This document shows, in pieces, positions 7,404-16,200 of a stretch of DNA of 64,000 bases (the first letter of the stretch is position 1; every line of letters starts with the position of its first letter). The stretch lies in the IMG/VR virus record IMGVR_UViG_3300027874_000010, positions 1 to 64,000 of that record; one strand, 5' to 3'. Both the position numbers and the translations under genes were made by a program. This DNA is from a virus. Lineage: Duplodnaviria > Caudoviricetes. The notes below the pieces were generated by a model. That model did not search any database. It saw nothing but the letters and a program-made list of their open reading frames with translations, and was not told where the DNA came from.

Positions 7404-9754
7404 GTCATCTCCGACAGCGGCGTCGGGAAGATCTGGCGACCACCCTCGCGCGCCTCGGCCAGTAGCTGTTGGGTGAAGTCGAAGCTCTGCGGGTCGTCGC
7501 GGGCGAACTTCACCGGGTCGTCGTGCATGAGTTGCAGCGCCATCGACAGGAACTCGTGGCTGGTCGGCGCGTTGGGACCGTAGTCCTTGCCCATGTACGG
7601 GTCCGCGAACTGGTCGCGGTGCGTCACCTCGTTGTCGTTGTAGTTGCTGCCAGTCACCGAGCGTAACGACACGGTTGGCTCGCCCTGGGTGCGGCTCTCG
7701 ATGTGCGCCTGGATGCGCGGCCCCATGCCCGGGATGTTGTCTTCGAGCCAGTGGCCCATCTCGTGGACCACCGTGCTGTCGGAGTTGTCGCGCGGGTGCA
7801 TGGTGACCATGCCCGTGCCGCTGCTGTGGTAGCTGCGCCCGCTGTCGAACCACTGGTCGTCGGGTGCCATGAACTTGATGCGCGGCTGAAGGAATCCCTG
7901 GGTCACCTGGCCGGTCATCTCGTTGATGCGCTGCACGCCCTGGGTCCAGTTCTTGGGCACCTCGGTGGCTGAGATCGGCGTCAGGTCGCCGCGATAACCG
8001 GTTATCGCCAGGTTGCCTGGGCCGGTCGGGGAGTTGACGTACTTGGCCCGAAGCTCGGCCGTCAGGTTGTCGCGCGCGGCGTCCACCTCGTGCTTGGTCG
8101 CCCAAAAGTTGTTTTGGGTCACATCCATGTTGTGCATCTGGCGGTCGAGTTCGGTCTTGGCGTCTTCGTACTCCTTGCCGTACGTGACCTGATCGTCCTC
8201 TAGCTGCTTGATGACCTCGGGCGAGGCCCCGAGCCGCTTGGCGTCCTCGATGCTTTTCGGCAGCGACCCCACCATGTCGCGCATGTCGCTCCAGTTCTGC
8301 GCGGCGTGCTGGTAGTCCTCGCCCACCTGATCGTATTGCCGCTGCGCCTCGGTCATGCGTGCCTTGAGTGACGCCGTGCGTCGGTCGGCTTCCGCGATCA
8401 TCGCCTCGCGCCTCGCGCGCATCCGCTCGGGGCTGGTGTCGGCACGGACGCCGCCGGTCGGCCCGACCACGGGCTTCGCCGCGCCCTCCTTGGGCTTGCC
8501 CCAGGAACTGACGAACCCCGCGCCGCCCTCGTCGGTGAAGCGACCCGTGTCAGCGTCGTGGTACGGGTTGAACTTCTCCTCGACGGTCTTGGCCTGGTCG
8601 CCGGGCTTCCAGTCTTCGGGTGCGCCCTGCTCGGCCCACTCGATGATGTCCTGCCAGATCTCCCACGCCTGCTCCTCGGTCATGTCGTCCGGCGGCTCGT
8701 CGGTCATCTTCATCATCCGTGCGGCGATGGCCTCGGGCGAGCGGTTGGTGAGTGCGCCGCCCTCGCGCCGCCACTGCTCCCACACCACGGCCTGGAACGC
8801 CGCAGGGTTCATGTTGCGCGCCGACGCTGCGCTGCGCACGCGGTCCGCCGCCCATCCGTAGCCGCCGACTGTCGTCGCGCTCGGGCCGCGCCCGATCTTG
8901 CGGCCCTGGATCAGCGTGTTGACGGCCTTGAGGTTGGCTTCGGTGTCCTCGTGCAGGTTCAGCATGGCGCGCCCCATGTGCGTATCGACGGTCACGTCGA
9001 AGGCCGACTCGGGGTGGCTCAGGTTGTTGTTGAAGGATCGGATCTTGTTGGCGTTGAACACCTCGTCCGGGTCTTCGCCGCGCAGCGCTCGGATGGCGTT
9101 CTCGGCGTTGTTGCCGATGAACGGGTACGGCTTGGAGTGCGGCGTGATCTCGCGGATCTGCTCAGGCGTCATGCCCGGGTGCGCGCGGTCTACCTGCACC
9201 ATCGCGCGCGCAGCTTCGAGGTTGGGCAGTCGCCCGTTCTTGAGGTTCCAGTTGGTCAGCGGGCTGGTCGCCGCGACCGCATCCGTGAAGCGCTGGCGGT
9301 CCACCCCGAGTTGGTCGGCCCACTGGCCGATCTCGTTGTGCTTATCGACGTACCAGTTGGCGTCTTCGGCGTGGCCCTGCTCGATGGCTCGGTCGTACAG
9401 ATCGAGCATGCGCTGCTCCGCGAGCTTGGCGGGCAGATGCGGCGGATCAACAGCCCTGGCGCGGACACCCGTCAGGTGCGCCGTGTCCAGGCCGGTCCGC
9501 GAGGACTTCCACGTCGAGAGGTGGGTGACCGGCGTGCTGACGCCACCGCCGCCACCAGATACGAATCTGCCGCCCTCACCCCTGGGGTGGAGCGACTCAT
9601 CCCACTCTTTGAGTTCGTGCAGGAGCAGGGCGCGTTCCATGTCGAGCAACGCCGCGCGCACATCACGCGGAGCAACCACGACACGACCGTGGGCTACGTC
9701 GAGGCTGACCTCGATCTCACGGAGCTTGGCCTGAAGCGCGTCCCACTCAAGCAC
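7400..9754 (-). CDS. two-module cargo protein: DUF7178/HhH-like domain plus coiled coil and zincin metallopeptidase
   Basis: KEWDESLHPRGEGGRF and KFNPYHDADTGRF motifs; AATSPLTNW, VTVDTHM, QAVVWEQWR; HEMGHWLE...EFLSM. Confidence 0.75.
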   Translation of the reverse strand: MLEWDALQAKLREIEVSLDVAHGRVVVAPRDVRAALLDMERALLLHELKEWDESLHPRGEGGRFVSGGGGGVSTPVTHLSTWKSSRTGLDTAHLTGVRARAVDPPHLPAKLAEQRMLDLYDRAIEQGHAEDANWYVDKHNEIGQWADQLGVDRQRFTDAVAATSPLTNWNLKNGRLPNLEAARAMVQVDRAHPGMTPEQIREITPHSKPYPFIGNNAENAIRALRGEDPDEVFNANKIRSFNNNLSHPESAFDVTVDTHMGRAMLNLHEDTEANLKAVNTLIQGRKIGRGPSATTVGGYGWAADRVRSAASARNMNPAAFQAVVWEQWRREGGALTNRSPEAIAARMMKMTDEPPDDMTEEQAWEIWQDIIEWAEQGAPEDWKPGDQAKTVEEKFNPYHDADTGRFTDEGGAGFVSSWGKPKEGAAKPVVGPTGGVRADTSPERMRARREAMIAEADRRTASLKARMTEAQRQYDQVGEDYQHAAQNWSDMRDMVGSLPKSIEDAKRLGASPEVIKQLEDDQVTYGKEYEDAKTELDRQMHNMDVTQNNFWATKHEVDAARDNLTAELRAKYVNSPTGPGNLAITGYRGDLTPISATEVPKNWTQGVQRINEMTGQVTQGFLQPRIKFMAPDDQWFDSGRSYHSSGTGMVTMHPRDNSDSTVVHEMGHWLEDNIPGMGPRIQAHIESRTQGEPTVSLRSVTGSNYNDNEVTHRDQFADPYMGKDYGPNAPTSHEFLSMALQLMHDDPVKFARDDPQSFDFTQQLLAEAREGGRQIFPTPLSEMT
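7992..8007. repeat. 16-bp palindrome copy 2
   Basis: CGATAACCGGTTATCG inside CDS. Confidence 0.9.
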
Positions 9755-9762
9755 TTGGGCTT

Positions 9763-9966
9763 CTAATCGAAGTCAAAATGGGGTGCTTTGCCTTCGGCCA
9801 TCGTCTTCTCTAAGCCTTGCTTCAGGCGATCCCAATACTCCCTGAACAGGGGCGTGTCGGGTATCCCATCTTCCTTCATGCAGTCCTCAAAGGTCTTGCC
9901 GTCAGCAATGCAGTTCCCCATCGAGGCGAACTCACTCATGTCTGGCACACCATTGTCGGCAGGCAT
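9763..9966 (-). CDS. small acidic protein (candidate zeta antitoxin)
   Basis: MPADNGVPDMSEF...; strong SD AAGGAAAGGAG; own promoter. Confidence 0.65.
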   Translation of the reverse strand: MPADNGVPDMSEFASMGNCIADGKTFEDCMKEDGIPDTPLFREYWDRLKQGLEKTMAEGKAPHFDFD

Positions 9967-10004
9967 CGGTCCTGATCTCCTTTCCTTCTGATCCCTCCAC
10001 TGAC

Positions 10005-10034
10005 ATAATAGCAAACTTTCGCACACGTTCAAAG
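10005..10034 (-). promoter_or_regulatory. GTGCGA-box promoter (minus strand)
   Basis: Reverse complement CTTTGA-ACGT-GTGCGA-N8-TATTAT. Confidence 0.65.
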
Positions 10035-10037
10035 GGT

Positions 10038-13000
10038 TTAGCCCGTGTACTGGCGGTCGGAGCGCTTCTGCGCGTTCTCCCATGCTGTCCTGTCGTGGAT
10101 GATGACCTGACCCTGCTTGGTGCGTTCCGCGATGAGCTTCGCGGCTCGCTGTGGCGAACCCTTGGGTGCCCAGGTGTTGTCCCAAATCTTCACGCTGTCG
10201 TAGCCGGCCTCGCCGTTCAGGATGCGCGGCAGCATCGAGTTGACGCTGGTGTGCGCCGCCTCGATGATCGCCTCGTCCACGGGACGGTCGGTACGCCCCT
10301 TCGCGGCAGCGATGGCCTGGGGGATCGGCACCGTCAGGTAGTTGGCGTTGACCTCCCTGGCTCCGTCGTCGCGGTAGCCCTGGATCTTGGTCTGCAGCTT
10401 GGTCATGGAGCTATTCATGACGGCATCCACGACGGCGTTGCGGCCGTTCTGCAACGCCGTCTTGACCACCTTGCCCGCGATGTCTGAGGACTCCTCGTGG
10501 ACCTTCATCGCCCACTTGACCGAGCCAGCATCGCGCATGGCCTGCGTCTCGGGGATGTCCTCGGTCTTGTTCCAGTCGGCGTTGCTCCACACCGCGTGGT
10601 CCTTATCGGGCACGGCGAACTGCTCGGGGCTGCGCTGCAGCGCCGTGCTCTTGCCCGACGCGCCGCCACCGCCCAGGACGCTGACGGTCGGTCCCCCCTC
10701 GGCGGGTGGCACGTAGCCGCCGCCAGCCACACCTTGTTCGTGGTTCTCGTAGATGCCGTGTTGGGCGCGGTCGATGGCCGGCTCGTGTACCTTGTCCAGG
10801 CGCGCCTGCACGTAGTCGCCCTTCTTGCCGCCCTCGGGCATGTACAGCTTCTGAGTGTCACCCTTGTCGCGCAGGAAGCCGTGCGGGTTGTCCTTGGTAA
10901 TCAGCGACGAGGAGTCGCCCGACTCGACGTTCTCGCCGCCGCCGACGCCAGCGGCGAAGCGCCCCGAGTTGTCGCGCGGGTGCTTGTCCTCGAAGTCCTG
11001 ATCCTTGGTTTCGGGCAGATCGAGGATGTTCAGCCAGGTCTGCGTCTTGGGGCGGAACACCTGTACCGGCTGGCCCGCACCGAGCAGCGAGCGCTCCATG
11101 TCGCGGATCTGCTCGGTGACGGCCTTGGTCAACTCGTCGCGGGAGTCCACGATGGTGTGCTCCCACCCGTTCAGGTTGAGCTTGCCGTTCTTGTCGCTCT
11201 CCTCGGACGGCGCGTGCCCAGGCCAGTAGCCGGTCGCCTCGTGGTGCAGCCACGCGCACAGCGCCTGGGGGTTGTCCACCTTGTCGGTGAGCGTGTCCAC
11301 ACAGTCATCGAAGTCGCCCGGGTGCCCGCCGTCGAAGCGGTCCTTCCAGTAGTCGAGCAGTGCCTCCAGATTGCCCGCCTTGTAGCTCAGCCGCTCGCCG
11401 TCGTCCGCGACCTTGGTCGGCCACTCGCCCGTGGCGTGCTTGTACAGCCACGCCGTCACTTCGAGGTGGTCGTCCAGGGCTTTCATCGCCGCATCGAAGT
11501 CGCCGCCGCCGGCCGCGAAGGTGTCGCGCCAGTGGTTGAGTAGTTCCACCACCTCGGCGGTCTTCTTCTTCTTGGGCGGCTGGCGCGGGCCACCTGGCGG
11601 GACCATGATGCCGCCGTAGGTGTCGATGCCCTCGGTCAGGATCTTGGTGGCATTCAGCGGGATGGCGACCTGGCGACCATCGGTGCCCGAGTAGGTCAGA
11701 TCCCCCAGGGTGATGTGCATGCCATACAGCGGCGACCTCTGGCCGACGTACTTCGAGACGGCCGAATGCTTGATGTAGGCGATGGTCACGTGCGGCGTGT
11801 AGTTGGTGTGCGTCTCGACGTTGGCGAGCGAGCGCTTGATGATGCCGTTGAGATGGCCCGCGTCGTCGCTGGTGACGCTCACGTACAGCGGCACGCCGCC
11901 GCCCTGGTCCTGGCCGGCGAAGACGTAGTTCGGCCCAAACGTCATGGCGACCGGCGTCTGGTCCTTGACCACGCGCGCCACGTCGCTCGCGCCGACGTTG
12001 GGCATCAGCCCGTACTTGACGGTGACGTGCGGCTCCATCTCGATGCCGCCGCTGCCCAGGTCGTCGGGGTCGATGTGGTCCTCAGCCCACTCGACCAGTT
12101 CGTTGCCCAGGATCTCTGGCAGGTTGAGTTGCGTCGAGGAGTAGTCGTAGCCGCTGGTCGCGTCGGTCTTGAGCATGTACGGGTCTTGGCCGCACCAGGC
12201 GCACACGCCGAGTTCCACCGAGCGGTAGTGGCCCATGTCGTCTTCGGGGCAGTCGGGGATGATCTCGAACCGCCCGTCGCTGGTCATCTTCGTCTCGATC
12301 ATCTTCCCTCCTGGGCCGGCTGAGCCTGACTCCTGTGCGCCACCCGGTGGCGGTACGCCAGGGATGGATGGTGGTGCGCCGCCGCCGCCAGGTCGTCCGC
12401 CGAACGCGCCGCCGCCACCTGGCGGCAGGCCGGGCGGCTGGTCAGGCTGTCCTGGCGGCTTGTCCCCCTTGTGGTAGTTCGCCAGTTCGTCGGAGGGCGT
12501 CGGGATCATGTTGGCTGGCAGCAGCACCCACCCTGGCTGGTCGGTCGGGTAGCCGAGCGTCTGCGCCGCGACGTGCCACGGGATCAGGCCCGCCGTGAAG
12601 TCGGCACGCACGCGGGCGTGCACCTTGTCCACGTCCTCGGTGTAGCCCGGCACCTGGCTGAGGTCGAAGTCGAAGTGGTCAACCTCGGGGAAGTCGGGCT
12701 TGATCTGCAGCGAGAACTGCTGCGCCAGATCCTCGTACATCGGAGCCAGCGAGCCAGTCCACCACTGCGCTCGGTCCGACTCCTTGTTCGAGTTGTTCAG
12801 GCCCGACGAGGACTGGTGGCCGAGGACCGTCCAGATGATCGACGGCGGCACGTCCAGTACCGCGCAGATCTTGGACTCGGTGACGCGGTTGATGTCGTCC
12901 AGGCCCAGGCCCACCGGGTCCATGCCCATCTTGGTGTAGGTCGCCTGCCCGTTGTCGATGACCAAGACGTTGCCCCACCCGTCTGGCCCGCCGTACTGCT

Positions 13001-13727
13001 GGCGGAAGCGCTGGCGGATGATCTCGCGCTCGTTGGGTTCGACCGAGCGCATGATGTTGAGCAACCCGCTCGGCACGCCCGCGTTCCTGAAGAACGCCGT
13101 GGTGAACTCGCGGCACCACACGTCGATGTCGATGCGCTCGGCCAGCACCGCCAGCGGCGACAGGCCGTAGTAGTCGTTCAGCGGGTTGGGGTTCTTGAAG
13201 TGGATGACATCATCCGGATCCAGGGTGAACACCCGCTCCCCGATGCGGTACTCGTACGCCTGGATGTAGTCCTTTTCGTCAGGGATGATCCACACGCGGT
13301 CGGGTCGCAGCGGCCAGTACTCGATGATCTTGCCCGAGCGCCCTCGCACGATCTCCCAGTAGGCGTTGCCGTTGATCTTGAGCGCCACCACCGTGGACGA
13401 CCACAGCATGAACGTCGTCCACCACTTGTTGGGGCGGTTCAGGACATCCAGCGCGGGGTGGTCGAAGATGGCGTCGGCGTCGTGCGCCTTGGAATCGAAG
13501 ACCACCATGCGCGGCAGCGCCGCTGACTTCGCGACGGCCTGGCACGCGGCGAAGACGACCTCGGACCCCAGGTAGCCCTTGCGCGCCAACTGGTCGTACG
13601 AACGTTGGTTCCAGATCGGCGTGGCCGGCAGGCCAACCTGCCAGGTCGGGATGGCCGTCGCCACAGCCTGCTTCGTCTCGCCCCCGAACAGAGCGAGCGT
13701 GCGGAAGGCGTCGGCCAGCAGGCCCAT
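10038..13727 (-). CDS. HK97-family portal fused to 2H phosphoesterase (Acb1-like) and zeta-toxin-like P-loop kinase
   Basis: Portal motifs (GNAYW, LRPDRV, VIHFKNPNP, YGLSPL, FFRNAGVPSG); PHVTVKYG/PHVTIAY; GGGGASGKS, VHEESS, AVVD. Confidence 0.9.
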   Translation of the reverse strand: MGLLADAFRTLALFGGETKQAVATAIPTWQVGLPATPIWNQRSYDQLARKGYLGSEVVFAACQAVAKSAALPRMVVFDSKAHDADAIFDHPALDVLNRPNKWWTTFMLWSSTVVALKINGNAYWEIVRGRSGKIIEYWPLRPDRVWIIPDEKDYIQAYEYRIGERVFTLDPDDVIHFKNPNPLNDYYGLSPLAVLAERIDIDVWCREFTTAFFRNAGVPSGLLNIMRSVEPNEREIIRQRFRQQYGGPDGWGNVLVIDNGQATYTKMGMDPVGLGLDDINRVTESKICAVLDVPPSIIWTVLGHQSSSGLNNSNKESDRAQWWTGSLAPMYEDLAQQFSLQIKPDFPEVDHFDFDLSQVPGYTEDVDKVHARVRADFTAGLIPWHVAAQTLGYPTDQPGWVLLPANMIPTPSDELANYHKGDKPPGQPDQPPGLPPGGGGAFGGRPGGGGAPPSIPGVPPPGGAQESGSAGPGGKMIETKMTSDGRFEIIPDCPEDDMGHYRSVELGVCAWCGQDPYMLKTDATSGYDYSSTQLNLPEILGNELVEWAEDHIDPDDLGSGGIEMEPHVTVKYGLMPNVGASDVARVVKDQTPVAMTFGPNYVFAGQDQGGGVPLYVSVTSDDAGHLNGIIKRSLANVETHTNYTPHVTIAYIKHSAVSKYVGQRSPLYGMHITLGDLTYSGTDGRQVAIPLNATKILTEGIDTYGGIMVPPGGPRQPPKKKKTAEVVELLNHWRDTFAAGGGDFDAAMKALDDHLEVTAWLYKHATGEWPTKVADDGERLSYKAGNLEALLDYWKDRFDGGHPGDFDDCVDTLTDKVDNPQALCAWLHHEATGYWPGHAPSEESDKNGKLNLNGWEHTIVDSRDELTKAVTEQIRDMERSLLGAGQPVQVFRPKTQTWLNILDLPETKDQDFEDKHPRDNSGRFAAGVGGGENVESGDSSSLITKDNPHGFLRDKGDTQKLYMPEGGKKGDYVQARLDKVHEPAIDRAQHGIYENHEQGVAGGGYVPPAEGGPTVSVLGGGGASGKSTALQRSPEQFAVPDKDHAVWSNADWNKTEDIPETQAMRDAGSVKWAMKVHEESSDIAGKVVKTALQNGRNAVVDAVMNSSMTKLQTKIQGYRDDGAREVNANYLTVPIPQAIAAAKGRTDRPVDEAIIEAAHTSVNSMLPRILNGEAGYDSVKIWDNTWAPKGSPQRAAKLIAERTKQGQVIIHDRTAWENAQKRSDRQYTG

Positions 13728-13946
13728 TTAGAGTTCTCCGGCAGCTTCGAGTTGGTCAACCAAGAGCGCGATGTCGTCGTAGGCCCGCTGCGTCTTGGCC
13801 CTGCCGCCCCCGCGCGACTGCTTCATGCACACGGCCATCCGCTGTTGCATGTCGGGAAACTCGCCCTTCAGTGCCGACATGCAGCGACCCATGAAATCGC
13901 TCTGTGACTCGCCGCCGCTTGGTTCAGGTAGTGGCATGGTTTCCAT
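13728..13946 (-). CDS. small head-associated hypothetical protein
   Basis: PxPxxGESxxDFMGRCM...EFPD.QQRMAVC motif often seen near phage portal/protease genes. Confidence 0.65.
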   Translation of the reverse strand: METMPLPEPSGGESQSDFMGRCMSALKGEFPDMQQRMAVCMKQSRGGGRAKTQRAYDDIALLVDQLEAAGEL

Positions 13947-14445
13947 CCAATTCGGCAACCCGCGTGATGAGCGCTTGTCCGCGCACCGCCTGCGCGCCGA
14001 CCTGTTCGAGGACGCCCTGCAAGTCGAGAATCGTCTGGCGCAGCACGGCGTTTGAGTGCTCGATGCGCGTGATGCGCTGCGAGGAAGCAGCGAGACGAGA
14101 CTCACTCGCGCGCCGCGCCCCAACCGCCTCGCTCAGTGCGGCGCTCTGTCGTTCCGCAGCGGCTTCGAGTTCGGAGATGCGCTGCTGCAGGCGCGTGATG
14201 TCGTCACGATTTCTCGCCAGGGTCCGCTCCAGGGTCAACGTCTCGGCGCGAATTCGCTCGATCTTCGCGCCACATGGCGCGTGCTGAGCGTTCAGTTCAT
14301 CGAACGCTCGTTGCCACTGCGCTTCGAGCCGCTGCGCATCAGCTTCCATCCGCAGGATGCGCTGGTCCCTGATCTCGACGTAGCGCATCAGGGTGCCCAC
14401 GTCGGGCGCTCCCTCTACCGTGGCGTTCGGCTCAGGCAGCGGCAT
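13924..14445 (-). CDS. coiled-coil hypothetical protein
   Basis: Long heptad-rich stretch. Confidence 0.6.
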   Translation of the reverse strand: MPLPEPNATVEGAPDVGTLMRYVEIRDQRILRMEADAQRLEAQWQRAFDELNAQHAPCGAKIERIRAETLTLERTLARNRDDITRLQQRISELEAAAERQSAALSEAVGARRASESRLAASSQRITRIEHSNAVLRQTILDLQGVLEQVGAQAVRGQALITRVAELDGNHATT

Positions 14446-14454
14446 GGCCCCACT

Positions 14455-14586
14455 CTAGCGCAGGCCGGACACAACTAGGAAGATGCGGACCGCCAAACCG
14501 AGCAGCGCGGCCGAACCGAGCACCAGCAGCACGACCACGACGATGACGCCAGCCGGCCTCAGATCGGAACGGTCAACGACTGCCAT
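14455..14586 (-). CDS. small single-pass membrane protein
   Basis: MAVVDRSDLRPAGVIVVVVLLVLGSAALLGLAVRIFLVVSGLR (manual translation). Confidence 0.5.
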   Translation of the reverse strand: MAVVDRSDLRPAGVIVVVVLLVLGSAALLGLAVRIFLVVSGLR

Positions 14587-14663
14587 ACCCTATCCGTGCA
14601 CCAGCGGGGAATAGTTGGCGGTCCTCCGCGCTCGCGGACACATGCCGCTCGCCCCGTTGGTGC

Positions 14664-14679
14664 CGATAACCGGTTATCA
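14664..14679. repeat. 16-bp palindrome copy 3
   Basis: CGATAACCGGTTATCA, intergenic after TerL. Confidence 0.9.
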
Positions 14680-14724
14680 CTGGTGCTCCGACCGACCTTG
14701 CACGTGTTAGATCGGTCGGAGCAC

Positions 14725-16200
14725 TCAGATCACCCACACGCCCACCGATCCCTGGACCAGTAGCTCGGTCAGCGACCAGACGGCGGCGTCCAGGCGGTTG
14801 GGCGACCAGCCCGTGGTGACCGGATCCCAGGTGCACATCTCGTCTTCAAGCTCGGTCAGCCCGTTGACGCCGACGTGGTGCACGCGGCCCTGGTCGTACA
14901 GCATGGCGACCGGCTCAGCCCTGATCGCCTTGCCGCGCGAGGCCGAGCGCTTCTGGACGTTGCAGTAGATGCCGCGCTCGCGGGCGGCTGTCTCGATGAC
15001 CGCCATCGCCATGTCGCCGCCGAAGTTCGTCTCGACCACGATCAGGTCGGCCTTCCAGTCGAGCCACGCCTGGACCACCCGCGCGCCCCATCCCTCGGGG
15101 TGCAGCTTGCACGAGTAGTCCGCGATCACGTAGCCGTGCGGCAGCGCGCCCGAAAGCTGCGTCGAGTCGGCCACCCAGTTGTCGGGCGCGGGTCCAACGC
15201 CGCATACCACGATGCCCTGCTCGTCGTTCTCGGCACCCGCGCCGCCGGACGGGTCCACGCCGATCACCACACGTCGGAGGTCGGTGGGAGCGCGTGGTAC
15301 CCGCTGGCTGTCCAGCAGCGCGCGGTTCCAGAACGAGTCGGGGTTGTCGTCAATGAGCTTGCCCTCAAGCTCCTGGCGACCGAGCCGCGTGCCGGCGTAC
15401 TTGTCGTAGAAGAACTGGCGAACGTCGGCGTGCAGGAAGCGGTTCTGCGCCGTGGTCGCGATGGTCAGTGCCGTCTTCGGGTCGTTGACCAGATCCTTGA
15501 TGCGCTTACGCGGCTTCGGGGTGGTCGAGGCAACAGCGTGTGGGTGCGGCCCCAACCGCAACCCGAAGCGCATGTGATCGTAGCACTCGTCCAGCTTCTG
15601 CCACGCGGCCAGTTCCTCCAGCCACGCCAGACAGCGGTTGCCACCCGCTCGCAGCCGCTCAACGTCCTCGGGGAAGCTCGCGCCGAACAACTTGCCCTCC
15701 GATCCGTTGGGCCACACGATGTGCAGCCCGCCCTGGGTCTTGAACTTGATGCCGCCCGAGTGCGCCTTCAGGCCAGACGGCCCGGTGACGCACGCCTCCA
15801 CCGCGTCTCCCAGGTTGGGGGCGATGATGGCGATACGATGGCCGCCGGGCAACGACTCCAGACACGGTGGACCCAGTACATGTTGGGTCACGTAGTGGGC
15901 CATCGCGTCGGTCTTGCCCGACCCGCGCCCGCCGAGCATCAGCCAGAGCAGCCACCAGTCGCCCTCGGGCGGGATCTGGTGCGGTTGCGGCGTCCAGGCG
16001 TTGAGGAGACGGTCGAGTTCTTCTAGCTCGCGCTTGTTGAGGAGAGGGAGAAGCTCCTGAAGCTCCTCGACCTCAACCCCGAATCTAGCCGCTTGCTGCC
16101 GAACTGTCTCCAGTCGCGGGTCGTCCGGTGGAACGTGTCCGTTTTGCCCGTTCGCGCGCGAGATCAAGGATGCCGCTAATTCGCTCGGCTCGCTGGTCAT
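14725..16200 (-). CDS. terL: terminase large subunit
   Basis: Walker A GGRGSGKT, Walker B LAWLEE, nuclease GVDPSG, SPNRLDAAVW. Confidence 0.95.
   Translation of the reverse strand: MTSEPSELAASLISRANGQNGHVPPDDPRLETVRQQAARFGVEVEELQELLPLLNKRELEELDRLLNAWTPQPHQIPPEGDWWLLWLMLGGRGSGKTDAMAHYVTQHVLGPPCLESLPGGHRIAIIAPNLGDAVEACVTGPSGLKAHSGGIKFKTQGGLHIVWPNGSEGKLFGASFPEDVERLRAGGNRCLAWLEELAAWQKLDECYDHMRFGLRLGPHPHAVASTTPKPRKRIKDLVNDPKTALTIATTAQNRFLHADVRQFFYDKYAGTRLGRQELEGKLIDDNPDSFWNRALLDSQRVPRAPTDLRRVVIGVDPSGGAGAENDEQGIVVCGVGPAPDNWVADSTQLSGALPHGYVIADYSCKLHPEGWGARVVQAWLDWKADLIVVETNFGGDMAMAVIETAARERGIYCNVQKRSASRGKAIRAEPVAMLYDQGRVHHVGVNGLTELEDEMCTWDPVTTGWSPNRLDAAVWSLTELLVQGSVGVWVI

Noticed and set aside
8558-9766. 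402-aa plus-strand ORF
   Set aside because: Antisense shadow of 7400-9754
14875-16026. 383-aa plus-strand ORF
   Set aside because: Antisense shadow of TerL
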